Positions 37,277 to 52,200 of a stretch of DNA of 64,000 bases are shown here, piece after piece (the stretch's first letter is position 1; each line of letters starts with the position of its first letter). Under the pieces are notes generated by a model, which was given only the letters and a program-made list of their open reading frames with translations, had not been told where the DNA came from and did no database searches. The DNA is taken from positions 20,584,001-20,648,000 of the forward strand of contig OZ004611.1 in NCBI GenBank assembly GCA_963924565.1, written 5' to 3'. A program made the translations under genes and the position numbers. Source of the stretch: Ascidiella aspersa (lineage: Eukaryota).

Positions 37277-40200
37277 GTATGTGATACAATTTTTAAGAAG
37301 AAGTGTGTCTTTCAACGAAAATCTTCCTGATTGTAATACAAGTTGCAAGTATAGGGTTACCCTAAATCTCTATTACTTTTTTGAAAATGTTGGATCTTAC
37401 TTGGTGCATTCGAACAGAATTTACTCAACTTATCTTTTTTCATACATTTGAGAAGATTTTACTTAACTTATCTTAAGCTGCTCATAACAACGATATTACC
37501 TTTATAAAATTTTGTTTTTGTACCATTCCACATGGTCGGTTCGTAGTGTCACCCCTACACGTTTATTAATGCTGTAAATCGACCTGTTCAAGACTTAAAT
37601 GTTAAAAAACATAAGTTTGGAAATGAGATTTTTGTATGCGTTTACTGAGTTACCTTAATTGCCTTCAAAAGCCCGCGCGGCCCACACTCCACGGGCAACG
37701 TGAATATTTAATGAGAAAATCCTTCGCAGACTCGTTTGAACATGAACTCTGGCGGGAGCGACGTGCCACCCAACAACGGGAAACAATCCGACGACGATTT
37801 GTCCTTTGGTAAGTGAACAAATGCCTCTGATTTAATCGTGTTTAGTGTTCCGCCTGATCATATAGCACGAGTAATGTCCGTTTCGGCATCTCCAAATCCC
37901 ATCGCAAGAGGTTTATGGAGATCACAATAGATTTAAAGCAAGGGTTCTTAAACTGGGGTCCATGGACCCCTTTGGGGTACGTGAACTAGTTTTGGGGGTT
38001 CATGAACGCCAATTGAAATATTAGTGTATAAAAGTAGTAAATTTTTCAAGGAAAACCGTTTAGTCATCAACTTTTAGCTCTGAAATTGTTTATACTCTGT
38101 TTTACTTGTACATTATTTGGAAGGGAAACAGCAGATTTCTGACGTCTATTTGTAATGTGACGTCAATTTATGGCGTCATCTCTAGAAATTTATACCATAC
38201 CCTGGTCCACGCGAAGCAAAAACTTGTTTAGGGGTCCGCGATATTAAAAGTTTAAGAACCACTGATTTAAAGGCAAGCGACAGGCTCCCAATAATTTCGG
38301 GGTAGGCGGTCAATTTAAGTACCCCTTTTTTTAAAGGTAGGCAGAACCACAAGCAAGTCATTGAAAACAGGGCAGAATCGTATAGCAAGAAACAGAGCGT
38401 TTGATTTGTACAAATCTAAGCAGCTCATTAGTTCCTCTGCCCAAAAACAAAAACCTGCAAAGTGAAAAATTGCATTTCCGGGCATTGGAATACACCAGCG
38501 GTTCTGAACTGGGGGCGCTAAGCAATTCTTAGGAGAACGCGAGCTCTGCCTCAATATTTAAATTTTTTGCAGTGATTTTATTATTTTTGTTTGGGTTGGG
38601 CACCACTTCTACAGCTGTATAAACCATGTTTTTTGCCAACTTCAGCTTGTGTCGAGCACGAGCAATTTTTTGTGTGCCCAATGCGAAAATCCTCCTGAAT
38701 TACAGTTTAGGCAATTCGCGCGACAAACAATGCACTTCACTATTTTTATGTTTTCTCAGTGATATTTAATTGAAAAATGCCGAATTTCTTTTTGTAGGAG
38801 GGTGCAAGGTTTAGGAAAATTACAAAAGGGGGCGCGGCTGAAAAAAGGTGAAGACACATTTACTTATAAATTCGCCGATTGGCGGTCGATTCGCTAACCG
38901 GCGTGCATTCCTTGGGATTCCGCGCCCGCAAGTTTCGCCAAAATGCGCAAATGGCCGGCTGCCGGTGTTCGGTGCCAGCTGAAGACGTGGCCCCGCTAGA
39001 ACAATCCTGCGACGCCCACTGGTTTCGGACCGCTAATTGCCAGTCGACGACACAACATCGACACCACTCACTCCTGGCTCACCTGTTGTTCTGCAAGCGA
39101 CCTTTCGCCAGTCTATATTGGACGGGGTCGTGACCTCGCCAACTGGCGGTACCAGTCCTAGCTGCGATTCGCTTTACATTGTCCTCTCTGTGTAATGTGT
39201 ACTGTACAGCTACGGCCTGCGAAACAATGGCGCCACAGTCCCGTCAAGTTGTATTCACGGGCAATCAAATATTTTACAATTTTTTAGTCGCACTTTCGAT
39301 TTATATTAAATTTGGGGACATGTTTGTCTAATAGAAACTTTAAAAATGGCACTGTTAACTGACACATTGTGTATGTGCAATTTTTTATGATATTTATGTC
39401 TACGTTTAGTGAAATTTAAACTATTTTGTGTATCAAAATGATTTGTTAAATCAAATGTTCGGCGTTTTAACACGCCTTGTCTTGAAAATTGGAACAAATT
39501 GTTTTTGTATACTGATAATAAATCATACTCTTTTTTTGTTCAGATATTCTAACTGACTTGAGCCTGCTCAACGGAGAACTATTCCCAGAAAGTAAGTATT
39601 ACCCACTGATATACTCTCTCGTTTAGTTTGTTCACAAATCCTTCCTTTGTGCGAAAGTAATACGATAGGTTTGCGAAATCTGACCCAGTTCAGAAAAGCA
39701 GCAGCCTACAGCTGGTTTCGTATGTCAAAACATTGAAAGTTTAGTGAAGAGGCACAAAGGGTACGATCTATAATTGTGCACTCAAAACCTAAACCTTATA
39801 ATTGTGTAGTCTAAACCTACCCCTTACAATTGTGTAATCGAAAACCTTTACCTTTTGAACCCCTATTTGTTTTACAGACGCAGATCGAAACGGCGACCAA
39901 TTCGTACCTGAAGTGGAAAACCGTAAGTGAAAATTGTGTAACGTGTAATCTATGTTCGGTAGGAATTCCAACTGGTATATAGCCCTGAAAATGTCCGCCA
40001 TTTTAGTTACAACTTACACATGATAGAGTGTTGCGATATTCGTTTTTTAGGAAAAAAAACGACGAGCAATGTTGTAACAAATTAATAGGGTAGTCAGACA
40101 AAGAAAAAATGCACATGGAAACCGACTTCTTTTTGCTATTTACATTTACCTTTACCGAGACATCGACTCATGCTGGCCGTCACGGACGTTTAAGGTCGTT

Positions 40201-43200
40201 TTTAATGAATTTTACCGAAGGGTTCGCTTTCTCCGAACGCGTAGCGAATCGAATGTGTAAGGCGTGCATGCCGTAATATCCGCATTTATACGCGTTTTGC
40301 TGAAAGCCTGGCCGTTTCGGAAACAGCTGTCTGGCAATTTTCGCAACGGGTCTTCGTCAGCCAAAGTGCAGTCAGAATTCTCGTCAATCATCTTGAAGCG
40401 ATAGCAAAGTTTACCTGAGGATCGCGCCTAATCACCTCGCCCGGCATGAAATTTCGCCAACTTTTCACATTTGTATCTGTTTATGCGATAAAACTAACAA
40501 TAGGCAAAACACTTTTTGTTGTTTTGTTTTTGTTGTGGGTTATGGGTAAGATTGTATATATAAACGTTTGTTGAATATTGTTTTTTTGTCTTTAATTGTA
40601 TACCGCCGCCCAATAAAACATGATCCCCTCGTAAAAAAGTTGGATCCTATTTAAACTGGGTAAGGACCATCAGGTGCCCAACTTACCTTATTTAAATAAA
40701 TAGAATATTTACTAGCAAGGTCGCATCGCCAGCCTCGAATGCGCGCCAAACTGTACGGCGTGCGACTTTTACGAGCGCCTGCAGCGTAAAACCGACAACT
40801 TAAGAGCACACAAAAGCACACGCGGGCCCCGAAAACGCAATAGGCAAGTCCGCGTCGGCCCCGCGGGCGAACGAAATCTCCTGTTGTGTTTCGCCGTCCG
40901 TTAATTACCGGTTCCAACCAGTTTTTTTTGCTCTCAAATGCTTCTCGGGTCCCGACCTCGGCCGCTGTAATTACACCCGATTTCGCGTTTTCGAGTGCCT
41001 TCGCCAACAAAAAAAGGGACATTTTCTTGGAAACATTCCACTAAAAAATGCGCAAATACTTCAAAGTTGCCCTGAAATTCTTGCAAATGCTATTTTAATA
41101 GTAAAGCGATAGTGACATACCTCAAAATCGCCCGTACCTTAAAATCGCCCCAAAATTTAAGCGAATACTATTTTAATCGTAAAGCGATGGAAACATTTGT
41201 CAAAGCGACAAGACGCAGGCATTTTCTGCATTCCCGTCATTTTGCCGAATTCGAAGACTTTGCGCGGCGTTTTCGCCTCCCGCTTCTCGGAAATGTCGCG
41301 AATTCCGCGTCGCCCAAAGCGGCCGCGTTTCCTGCCCGCCGCGCCATTGTGACGTCATTGGCCGCGCGCGTTGCGTCGCGACCCCGAAAATATTCTCGTG
41401 CTTGACTTTGCCGCTCATTGCTGCCAGCCAAACCGAACGGCGGTTGTCGGGAAAGTAATATTTTGACATTTTGCAAAATGTGCCCTCACTATTCTATTAC
41501 CTCATCATTTTCGCTTTAAGGTTTCTAGAAAGCTTTTTCATTCTGAAAAAAAAATGTAATTAATTCCGCCGGCGCTGTAAAGTGTCAAATCTCCGCGAAG
41601 TCGACGCGAAGAGACGTTACGTCACAAGGCCAACAGAGACAGCGAGTTTTTCGGGGTCACTCGGGATCACTTCCGCCCCCCTCCCCTCCCCGGCCGCACT
41701 CTCTAGCCGCGCATCGCACTTTAGCTTAGGAAGTCAAATACGCAAAACAAACACTCGAAGCGAAGCGCTTCGCTTACTCGGAGCGAGTGCTACCTGTTCT
41801 CTCTAGAAGTTGAAGCTGCTTCTGTTGCTACTAAGTTGCTGCCATTTTGAATGAGAACATCCCGTCTCGTCTTGTTTAATGCACTCGGCGTCACTCGACA
41901 AAAAAATCGTGCACTTTCCTAGTTCTAAGATTGGATACAATTTTATTGACACATTACGTTACATATATATCTAAGGAATCACTATTCTAGCTCTTATTAC
42001 ACTTTAAACAGGTGATTTATTAACAAAATGAAAAGACATACCTAGGTTGTGTTAAGACCTGACACAAGCGGCGAGTCGTACTAGAGTTACAGTTTAGCGA
42101 TGCGTTTTTAAACGGTTAAATGTCGCGTTGATTGCTTCGAGCGGCGGCCACCGTTTAACATGTGTTGGACACTAATCTAAGCCAAAAGACAAAACGGGTC
42201 GTACCTTTGCAATATACGCGCTACATTTACGAGGCGGGGTTTCGTTTCCCTACGACCATTTTATGACCGCGTCGACCAAATTTTACAACGGTGAACGGCG
42301 TTCGACGTCATGTGATTGGGGTTTTACGAAATCAAGTATTAAACGTTTTCTGTTAAATTTGCGTTACGCGACGCCGTAAAATCGACCGACTAATTTCCCG
42401 AACAGATGTTACGCAACGACGTTACCACCAGCTGCAAAAACGCAGTTTAGGCCACGCTGTGTTTTGAATTATACAATATTGTGGTTACTATTTAAAAAAG
42501 GCTTATCGACTCATTTTTAACCGAGCCCCGGGCGTTTTTGTTTGCCGATGCCAAAACCGAAGGCAAATTGCCCTAAAATTAGACGTTTAGACAAACAGGC
42601 GGAATTTTCTTTCGTTGCGTAATAGAAGCCAAAAGCGGAATTGCGCGGTTATGAGCTTCTAATTTGGGTTTAAATCCGGTAATTTTAGGTTTGAGGGCTA
42701 TGTTGTCCTTACGGCATTAAGAATACGTTTAAAATGCCCAAACGTGTGTTTGAATACAACGCTTATCATGACCGCGATGCCGTGTCACATGCAAGCAGCA
42801 GAAAACGTCCAGACTCCAGAACGCGAAAAGCTGCGGCCGCTGAACGAATAAAAACCAGTCGATGACTATCTCCCAGGCTGCGTAGATGAAAGTGGCCCCA
42901 ACGTCAAATCGCAAGGTCATTGTGATATCACGTTCATTCGCGTCTTTCGGGTTTTTTTCGCAGTCGCACTGTCTGCTGCCGAGCGCAGCTGCACGATCGA
43001 GATCTATTGTCTGCATCTGACAACAAACAAAGCCGTCCCAAGTCGAAACGTACAGCCCACGGGGTTGACAGATTTTTCTAAAGTAAATAGGATTTTTCTT
43101 TTACGGACAAAAACTTCGTAAAACATTGTTTCAGTGGGAATTCTAACTTACAGTGGTTGTTTCATTTTCCTCCAGATTTACTACGTATTACAAAAATAAG

Positions 43201-46200
43201 GCAAACTGCTAAGTAAACCAGCTAAACTGGTCAAAAGCAAACATTTAACAAACCCCAAAGGATAAGTTGTTTGCCAAATTAGAACACCACAAATTAGGCT
43301 GAGCATTTAAAATGCAAATTCTCAGCATATCTAAACATTATTTATTTTCGGATTTTCTCATTTTTTGACATAGTTGTACATAAGCAAAAAAGCTTGTTAT
43401 GTAAGGAACAGCTTTTAATGTAAACAATGCAATGCGAAGAAACTTTTTTTTAGCTTTCAAACTTTGGATTAAGATCCGGCACTTGTGCCTTCAGTTTGTC
43501 GAAATTTGCACACTATAGCAACTTTTTATCTCTAAAGCGCGGCCGCTACAATTTAGCCGCGTTTTGCCCAAAGTCGAAAAATTTTCGCTGGGCCCGAGGC
43601 GCAGTTCGCATAGGCCGAGCGTGACGTCATATTTATCGTACTGCGTTTCCTGTTTTCTGCGATTTCGACCGAGATTAGGACGACCGCGTCAAACGCGACA
43701 TCTCGTATAGGCCGGAGCGCGACTGTAAATGCTGTGTGTGCCGTTTACAGACGATGTTTGAAGCAGTGTAGGCCGAAATGATATCATCGCGAAAATTTAG
43801 GAAATGAGACTTTTCATGCCGACAAATATTTAGGGCAAGGTGCACTTAACAAAAAGATTTAAATTTTTTTTAATTTAATTCGTTGACAACAAGTTCGCCA
43901 GTATTTTCCGTAAATAGTTTCTATATATTACTATAATAAACATACTATTTTTGATACCTAAAACATCGTTTGTCAAACTTTTTCATCTGTCCTACCCCTT
44001 TTAAATCCCTGAAATAACGGATCGAAATATAAAACAAAAAAAGTTAAAAAAACGCTGCAATAACTCTAATATTCAAATCGGTACGGTACTTAAGTCAACT
44101 ATTTACTGCAGACAATCTTTAAAATGTTTTTTTTCATGAAGACACATTAGGAAAAAGGTGCTCAAAATGTAGTATATATGTAAGTTGTTGAACGGACCAC
44201 CGACCTAAAACGATTTCTTTGGCGTTCTGTCAAATTCCGCCGAAACCAGCAACGTCTCGTTTTCGCAAACCCCTTTGTTCGCGAACAACGCACAGACTAC
44301 TTTCAATTGTTGTCATTGTGATATATATATATATTTATGTACATTTATACGTCGACCAGAGTTTAACGTTTCTTTGGCGCTCGTTTTCAACCTGCGCAAT
44401 ATTCAGCATTTTCCTCGGCCGACCAACGCCAGCAGCCAGCACAGGCGTGCCATCGTTTACCGAGCTTCTTGACTTTACGTGATCTCGGCTGGGCTACTCC
44501 TGCTGGGTCTTTTTGGTACATAGAGAAAACCTCGAACATGATTTGGGGGCCTTTCGTCTGCTAAACAAACGCTTTTATTTCTAGTTGTATTATTTACAAG
44601 GCAAAATAGGGCTTAATATTGCTCGGTCGATTATTGGACTTTTATGGCGCAAACGAAACATAGGACAATGCATCGCCTTACTGTGTTCTGTGTTGTAAAG
44701 TAATCTTGCCTTTGTAGTTTAAAATGTTTTTCCACTTAGGTAGTATAGCAAATAATGCGATGCTATAAAGCGATGCGCGTGACCCTGTGTTTTGCCTAAG
44801 TTGACTGAAATTGAAATTTGATAACTCTTCCAAATTGCTCTTTAACGGGCACAATATATACACATCACGCGTTCACTCTACTTATTTTATTTAAAGCCAA
44901 AAATGACTGATTTTTTGTGAATGGGTAGTAGCCTAACCAGTCACAAGGAAAGGTAAATTATTTAATTTTTACCCGATCTCGAAATTCAGTTGGCAACCGG
45001 AATTACCTTCTTGGAGTATTTGGAGTATCGTTAGCAGTCCCGTCGCCCAGTCACCCAGCCATACTTGCAAGCAGTGCGGCTTTCGCCCGACGAGCAGATT
45101 GTTGTTTGTCCCGTTTACCAGACATCCGAGTTTGCGGTGGCCCGAGCCTTCAGCGGTCCGCTCAGGCCTCACACGCACTGGTGCGCGGGCCGAATCGCAG
45201 TGAAAAGGCAGAAGCAGCCTCCCGAACCTGCTGTCAATCACGTTCGACACAAAGCGGAAATCGCTCGTGAGGATCGGGCGCGCGTGCGAAAGAGAGAGAG
45301 AGAACAGAGAAAGGGAGCGAGAGAAATGAAAGAGAACCGCTGATGCGAAACGAGAATTTTCAATTATAAAGAGAAAAAGGCGCGCCTTTTTTCTCTCTGG
45401 TGAGCGCGCGCTCTCGGATTCACCAGCGCGCGGTTCTCTCGTTCGCGCTGCTTTTTGCGTTTTTATGAATGGGCCCGATTGTGTTTGTCGAGGCACGCCA
45501 TCCCATTCAGAAAAAAAATCGACGAAGGTATGCTCTCCCTCCGCATTGCGCGAGTGTTGTGCGCGCGACCCTGGTGCGTTTCAGATTTGCGGACGCACGC
45601 AATTTGCTTGTGTAAGACGAACAATCGAACATTGACCACACAGTTTTTACAGTTTCAACGCACAATGTTAAGGTGTTACAAATAAGATATTCTTTCAAAC
45701 CCAAATATTTAAATTAAATATTATCTATTGTAAAAAAAAAATTCCCCGTATAAAAACGTCAAGATATTTATCATTTTTCCGGTATAGACATAAAATGATG
45801 TTCTGACAATTATCTTAGTGTTGAGTTTAACTTTGAAACAAAATCCAAAACAAAAGCCATCCTCAAATGACATTGGCAGTTAAGAATTGGTAAAAAAGTG
45901 CTGATATTTTTGCCTCCAGCTTTGTCACAAATGACCTACAAAAAGGCGGAAAAAAGGTTTACAGAATGCAAATATCGACCTTAAGAAAATGTCAGCGTTT
46001 TTTTGCTACCACGCGACGTTTTGCTGCTGTAGGATTTGTGCGTGTTTCGAATTGGAGCTAAAATTTCGAAGAATAATGGGAGAGCACGAATGTAAAGGAC
46101 AGTAAAATCCGCAGAGCCGAGCAAAGTGGTCACTCCTGGTCATTTGCGAGCAGAGGTCGTTGACCGTTTAAATTGACTCACGGCGCGAGATTGAATTCTT

Positions 46201-49200
46201 TCTTTGGCGATTTGTCAAAAGCGATCCGATTTCCATTTTTGAATTTAAATTGCGGGTCGCTTGCGCTTTGCATGCTTTGGAAACAAGTCACGCGTCTTTG
46301 TTGTTGCCGATTTCGCCAGACTCGACAAGTAAAATGGTGACCTGGCCTAATTTTTATAAGGTCATGGAAAGGCACGTTTGTTGGTGGTTTAACTTGAAAC
46401 ATTCTTGACATTTGTTTACTAGGACGGGAATTGACTGTATCTGTGGTGTATAAGCGACAAAAACTTAGCATCTTTCCAAGATGTTTGCTTAATCATCTTG
46501 GTTGTTTTTGTGACCACTTTTTTTTCAAGTAGCGAAGATTTCCTAGTTTACTTACTTTGTTTTCTTGTCGTTTCACCACTATGATGAAACCGAAAGTAGC
46601 CTACATGAGAAGTCTTCCCTAAAAAGTACCCCATTGTTACTCGACACATCACGCGAATGTTGGTAATTAGAAAGTTTATGTTGTGACGCCTATCTGCCCA
46701 GATTTACTTATATGGCTGCAAAACAGTGGCATTCACTCCTAATATGCCAAGGAACTGATTTCGTGTTATTTCGTGTTGTGATATCATCTATAGTGCAAAA
46801 CAGGGCATCATTTCTCTGGTACTGTTCAAACTTGAAATGATTTTCGGGCGAATAGTATACGGTAATCGATTAAACAATTTGTATTAACGCTATATCGGTT
46901 TGCCACGAACAGCAATGTATTGTTGATGGAAGCAACGTGAAGATTGGGCCAGTGCAAATTTAGCGTTTACTCTTCCATTTCTTGAACAGTTCTAAAAAAC
47001 ACCCCTTTGTCAACATTTTTGTCAACCAAACTGAATTTAATGGGGTACTACTTTGCAAGCACAATCCATTCGGTCGCACGGCAAGCATTAACATTTGAGA
47101 CCCCCTTGACATCACTTTGCATCGTCCCAATTCCCGGGCAACCTTGCAAAACCATCGGCCATCGCAATAAAACACTAATCCAGTAATTTTGCCAAATCAA
47201 AATCGCCTTTCGTCGCTTAATGCGGAAGCTTTCGATTGCCCTCGACACTTGTCTAATCCCGAGCGTTCGTGGATCATCTCTCGATTTGCCAATCGCGACG
47301 AGCAAACAATTGCTTTCTTGTATTCTTCGCTCGCCAAAGTCCAGGATTTGTCGCTGCTGGTCAGGGCGAAGGTTGGTGCATCTTCGGCGCTTGTGGGAAT
47401 TGTTGTGTCTCGGCAGTATTTAATAGGATTTTTGACGGCTCATTGGAAATGAAGAGGTTTGTTTTGCTGTTTGTAATAGGAATTAAACGTCCGAAGGGCG
47501 TCGATCTGTCGTGATTTAACAAGTGAAGCAAATTAGGCCGAAAAGGTATAGTGACTGTAGATAAAATGGTTTAGTTTTATCAAGAATATGGAAACTGTAA
47601 TGCTATATATGCTAACATGGTCTGTACACGGTACAAAAACAAGATCCTCTCGCGATTATTTTCAACTATATACTACTGAAATTAATTTCAGTGTTTAACA
47701 TATTGTTGTCTACCTGTCTTAATCAAAAAGCTTGAAAATTAGTTTAATATTGCAGGAGTTTTAGAAAACCAGCCTCCTGCCTCCAATTTTTAAATAGTCG
47801 ATATATTGCGCAACTATATTCCGAGTGATATCGCGTTTTGCTTGCGAAAATCTAAATGCCCCCTGTCTTAAGAATCGACGAAAAGTATATGTATTGCACT
47901 TTTGAGTGACGTAAGCGAAGTTTATACTTCTTTTGTTGCAACAGCGAAATCCGTGCCTTCGGTAAGGAAAAGGCGCCGCGAGAGTGCTTATTCAGAAGCG
48001 AGCAAAGCCGCCAATTACGCCTGTTTTAAGAGGGAACGCGTTGACAGTGTGGATTGTGAGTTCGAAAAATTCCAAGTGGTTTGGTTTTGACTTGAGTGCT
48101 TTTATGACCTAGCTAGCTTCTGCCACACCGGTTACTCAACTTAACTACCTTTTTCTAAAAATATATTTTTCGAATAAGTTCGATTGAGAATTGTCGTCAA
48201 GCTATGAAAAATGTCAAATCATCCATTCCTATGTCACAGACGTTTTAAATTGTTATCATTGTTTGTTTTTTAATCTTCCTCGATTGAACGGCTTTCTCCA
48301 TTTTTGGGACTCGTGGTGAAATGTTAGTTTTTAACAAATATAAGACCTTTTAAACTCATTTTAACATCAGACACAAACGCGAAATGAAGCCAGAGCCGTT
48401 CACACGATTTGTTGAAGGTGGTTATAAATAGTGTGGTTATCAGACGGGCATGAGTGGTTGTATACAAGCTCCAACGGGATGGGCATAGTGTAAAGATGAC
48501 TCATCTGTCATTATGAATAGCACACGACAAGGTTGAGCGGAAATGATTTTTTTGCAACCGCCAAAAACGTCGATATTGTCTCTCGTATCTTACAAAGCGA
48601 ACCGGGCCGACAGTTAAACTCACACGAGTCTAATCAATATCAACTCCGCTTAGCTTGTACTTACTGAAGCGTACCCAACTTACTTTATTTGTGCCTTCCT
48701 TTCAGAGGCCGTAAACAAACATTTATTGCTTTTGCAGTGTTTAGAAACTGAAAAAACACTATTTTAACGTATTTAGTCTCTGTTTTAATTCTCCACGTTA
48801 AAACACTAAAAGGTAAAATTTAAAAACGTTTTAGTCTTCGCAATCTAAGAAAAACTAGTTCTTTATATGGGTATCTCCTGGTTAAGGCCTCAGTTGGCCT
48901 TTAAGAAAATGCATTTAACCCTGATCGCGTGGCCTGCCCGTTAGTTTAAAATGTTCGCACATAACGATTTTTCGCATTTAACAAGCCACGATCGAGATAC
49001 CTACTTAAAATGCTAATAGCAAGGGTCCGCACGCAAATATCGAAATTCCGTCATAATTGGCGAATTTCAACGAGATAAACACCGATCGTCGAGTAAAGAC
49101 AGGACTCGCTATTTTTCGGTTCGTCAAAGCTTACACTTCAATTAACACCTGAATCCGGCGAAACAAAAGGCCCCATTGTCGACTCGCGCGATCCGCTCGT

Positions 49201-52200
49201 TTACCAGCGGTCGGCCTAATCGCGACTGGCCCTTCCAGCTTAATTGAATTTACAAGCCAAGTCCAGCTGGCAGAGAAAGCCACGCGAAATTAGGTCTCGC
49301 GATCGACATGTACTTTCACGGACCACCCCACGCGCTAAACTCGAGAGGTTAAAGCAACGCCAAGGACCCTCTGGCACACAAGGGCACGCGAGGTCGGTGA
49401 AAACGCCGGCTTGTTTAGGTTTGCTTGTTGTTAGCGACGCCGACCGCACGGACACGACTGCGACTGCTGAGGATTTCAAAAAGGTCGTTTAGGCATAAGG
49501 CGGGTTCATTCACAAGAGCCCTGTTGCGTCACCTTATGTTCGTTAAAGAATACACCACCTTCAACTCTTTTTTTTACAGTATTTGGACAATATTTCCCGA
49601 TTTTTAAAGTATTTGGACAATCTTGTAATACTTTGAACTAATACAAAAATTCAATTGTGAGTTTCAGTCAACAAACGTTAAAGTAAAAAAACAAACATTC
49701 CTAACGTTCAACGCCTTACTAAAAAAACCTAAAAAGTCGCAATCATTTCAAAATGAAAAAAGTTTAATAACCCTTGGAATGGACGCCCCGCCAAAACAAG
49801 CAAAATTTAAACGTAAACAAGAAGCAAAAACCGAAACAATCAAACGGCTTTCCTAAAACCAAGTTTTTTTGCGCAGTGGTTCCACTTGACAGCAATGCGA
49901 CGCGCGAATCCAAGGTGCCAGAATTCTCGCTCCAGGCGCCGCTCAGCGTCGGTGGCGACTCGGTGTTTCCCCCCGAGTTCGCGTCCCCGTCTTCCCTGGC
50001 CTCGACCAGCGGCGCCAAGTGGCCTCAGCGGAGCCGTAACGCCTCAGGCCTGACCAACGACGATGACCGCAGCCTGCTGACTCCCGAGCTTGACAATCTG
50101 GACCCCCTGGACGACCTGGGTTCCGATTTCGGCGTCGCCGCGTCGTGCTTCGACGACGGGGGCCAAGCCGCCCCCGGGAATTTTCCCGCAAAGCAGCACT
50201 TTCAGAGTTGCGGCGCTCAGCAGCCCGGCGTTGAAACGAAGCCGAGCCAAATGTCAAGTTCGACAGCGTCGCTTACTTGGGCCAATCCGAACAATAACCG
50301 GTCCGTTGGCCGGGTGCCGGACGTCGACCCATACAGCGTTCCCGAGCAGCTTAAACGTCACCAGTATGACGTAGGCGGCTACGAAAGCGGCGGCCAGTTC
50401 CAGCGGCGCTCCAACGAGGCCGTATTCTTCAACGACGAGGTCTACCACCGCTACCATAGGCAGCAAGGCGTCGGCGGCGATGACGTAACTCTGCCCAACC
50501 GGCAGCTCTCGTGTGACGTCACAACCCCCGAGAACTACCAGCCGCGCGCCGTCCACCCCCACATGGGTTACTGCGACGTGATCAACCCCGGCTACATCGC
50601 AGCGGCGTCCCCGTACCCGATTAACCCCGCCAGAGTGGTAAATCCTCACCAGCAGCTTCAGCATGAGCCCCCGCCGCTCACCCACTACCCCATGAGGTCC
50701 TATTCCGCGTCACAGACCCCGACTAACTGCAGCGCGCCGGTTGCTAACGGCAACAACGCGTACGACATGCGCATGCGCAACTCCAGCTGCCCGGAAGTGA
50801 TAAACGGGATTTGCAGCCGGCCCCAAAACCAGACGCCGATGCAGCGACCCTGCTCCATCTACCTGCCAGACTCGTCACCGGTACTTCCCCGGAACCCGGG
50901 AGCCGAGGGACTTACCCCGGACGCGTCGCGCTCCCGGGCGGTCCCCGAGAAGGCGGAAGAGGAGTTCAACTTCCGGACCCCGGCTCCTGGATCAGTTCCG
51001 CTTAGGAAGAAATCCGAAGGTAAGTGTGATGTTGCTGTTGCAAAACAGGGCGGTGCCTTGAACTATTCGAACCTTGGTTGTGACATTGATTAAAATGACC
51101 CAAATCCTTACAACTGTTTACTTAACTTTTTACCTCAAGCGACTTCAAGTTGTCACAAGTGGATTAAGCCATGAGTTCGTGGCGCATTTCCACAGCCGCA
51201 ACTCCATTGCTGTTTAGATATATTCACTAAAGTTTAAACGAGTGTAAAATTCATTATAAACCACGCTCCGGTTCAATTTGAGCCAAGAGCGCTAAAAGCC
51301 AATGCATACGTCGTAGTTTCGCTGCCTTTGATTCTCACATTAATTTTAAACCTTTGTGCTCCGTTTTTTCGTACCTTTAATATATATTACGTTGTTTTCG
51401 GATGTAATTAAAGTTGTATACTCCTGCTGAGCAGCGAAAACCGATGATGTAAACAACGACCCGAAACAAAAAAAACAGTTTAAATCGTGGTCAGACTTGG
51501 GAATTGTTTTCGGTCCTTTCCCGTCGTTCGACTTTAACGAGCCCAACGACGAATTGCCGTTTAAATTGCATCCGAATCGTGCTTTGTGCGTGCGCGGGCG
51601 AGCGAGCAACTCTGACGCCGGAAACTGTACAATTAACGACCGGCAAATGCGAGGCAGCACAATCAAGGCGACTCTTTGACGAGCGCTGCTTCTGAGTGTG
51701 GCGGCAGCTTCAAAGTCGGCAGCGTTGCGTCAACACGCGTGGGAACTGGGTGTTTCTTTGTGGCGGAGAACAATTGCAGACAGCGAGATGCTGCCCTAAC
51801 CTTGTCAAACGAACGAGCAAGCAATCAATTGAAACCCTTTGATCGTGCGATGGACGTGTCGTTGACTGGCAATTAATTTTACGACTGTGGAAAGTTGCGC
51901 CCGCGATAAACCCACGATCAGCTCATACCCAGACGATCCCTCTTCGAATTATGTAACATGCTAAAAATGATCCCAGCATCTTTTTTGCTTAGCTCGACTG
52001 TATCATTTAATTTGCATACATGGATTTCGTTTCTTAGCTATGGTGTTTCACTTATCATCCTTGTTTTCAGATGCGCCAATCAGACAACGCCCCCACAGTC
52101 ACGTGATTGGCGACGTTGGAAGACGCTGTGAGGTGTCGCCAAGGTTTGTGCATTTTAAAATTATGTCACCGACTTCCTTTATACGTAAAGTATTTATGTT

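Noticed and set aside
44969-45704. 175-aa and neighbouring ORFs in ETS intron 4
   Set aside because: Low-complexity GA/CT-derived translation with no homology cues.
49774-51093. 439-aa ORF as a stand-alone gene
   Set aside because: It starts at TTG and has strong in-phase splice sites at 49877 and 51019; it is an internal ETS exon.
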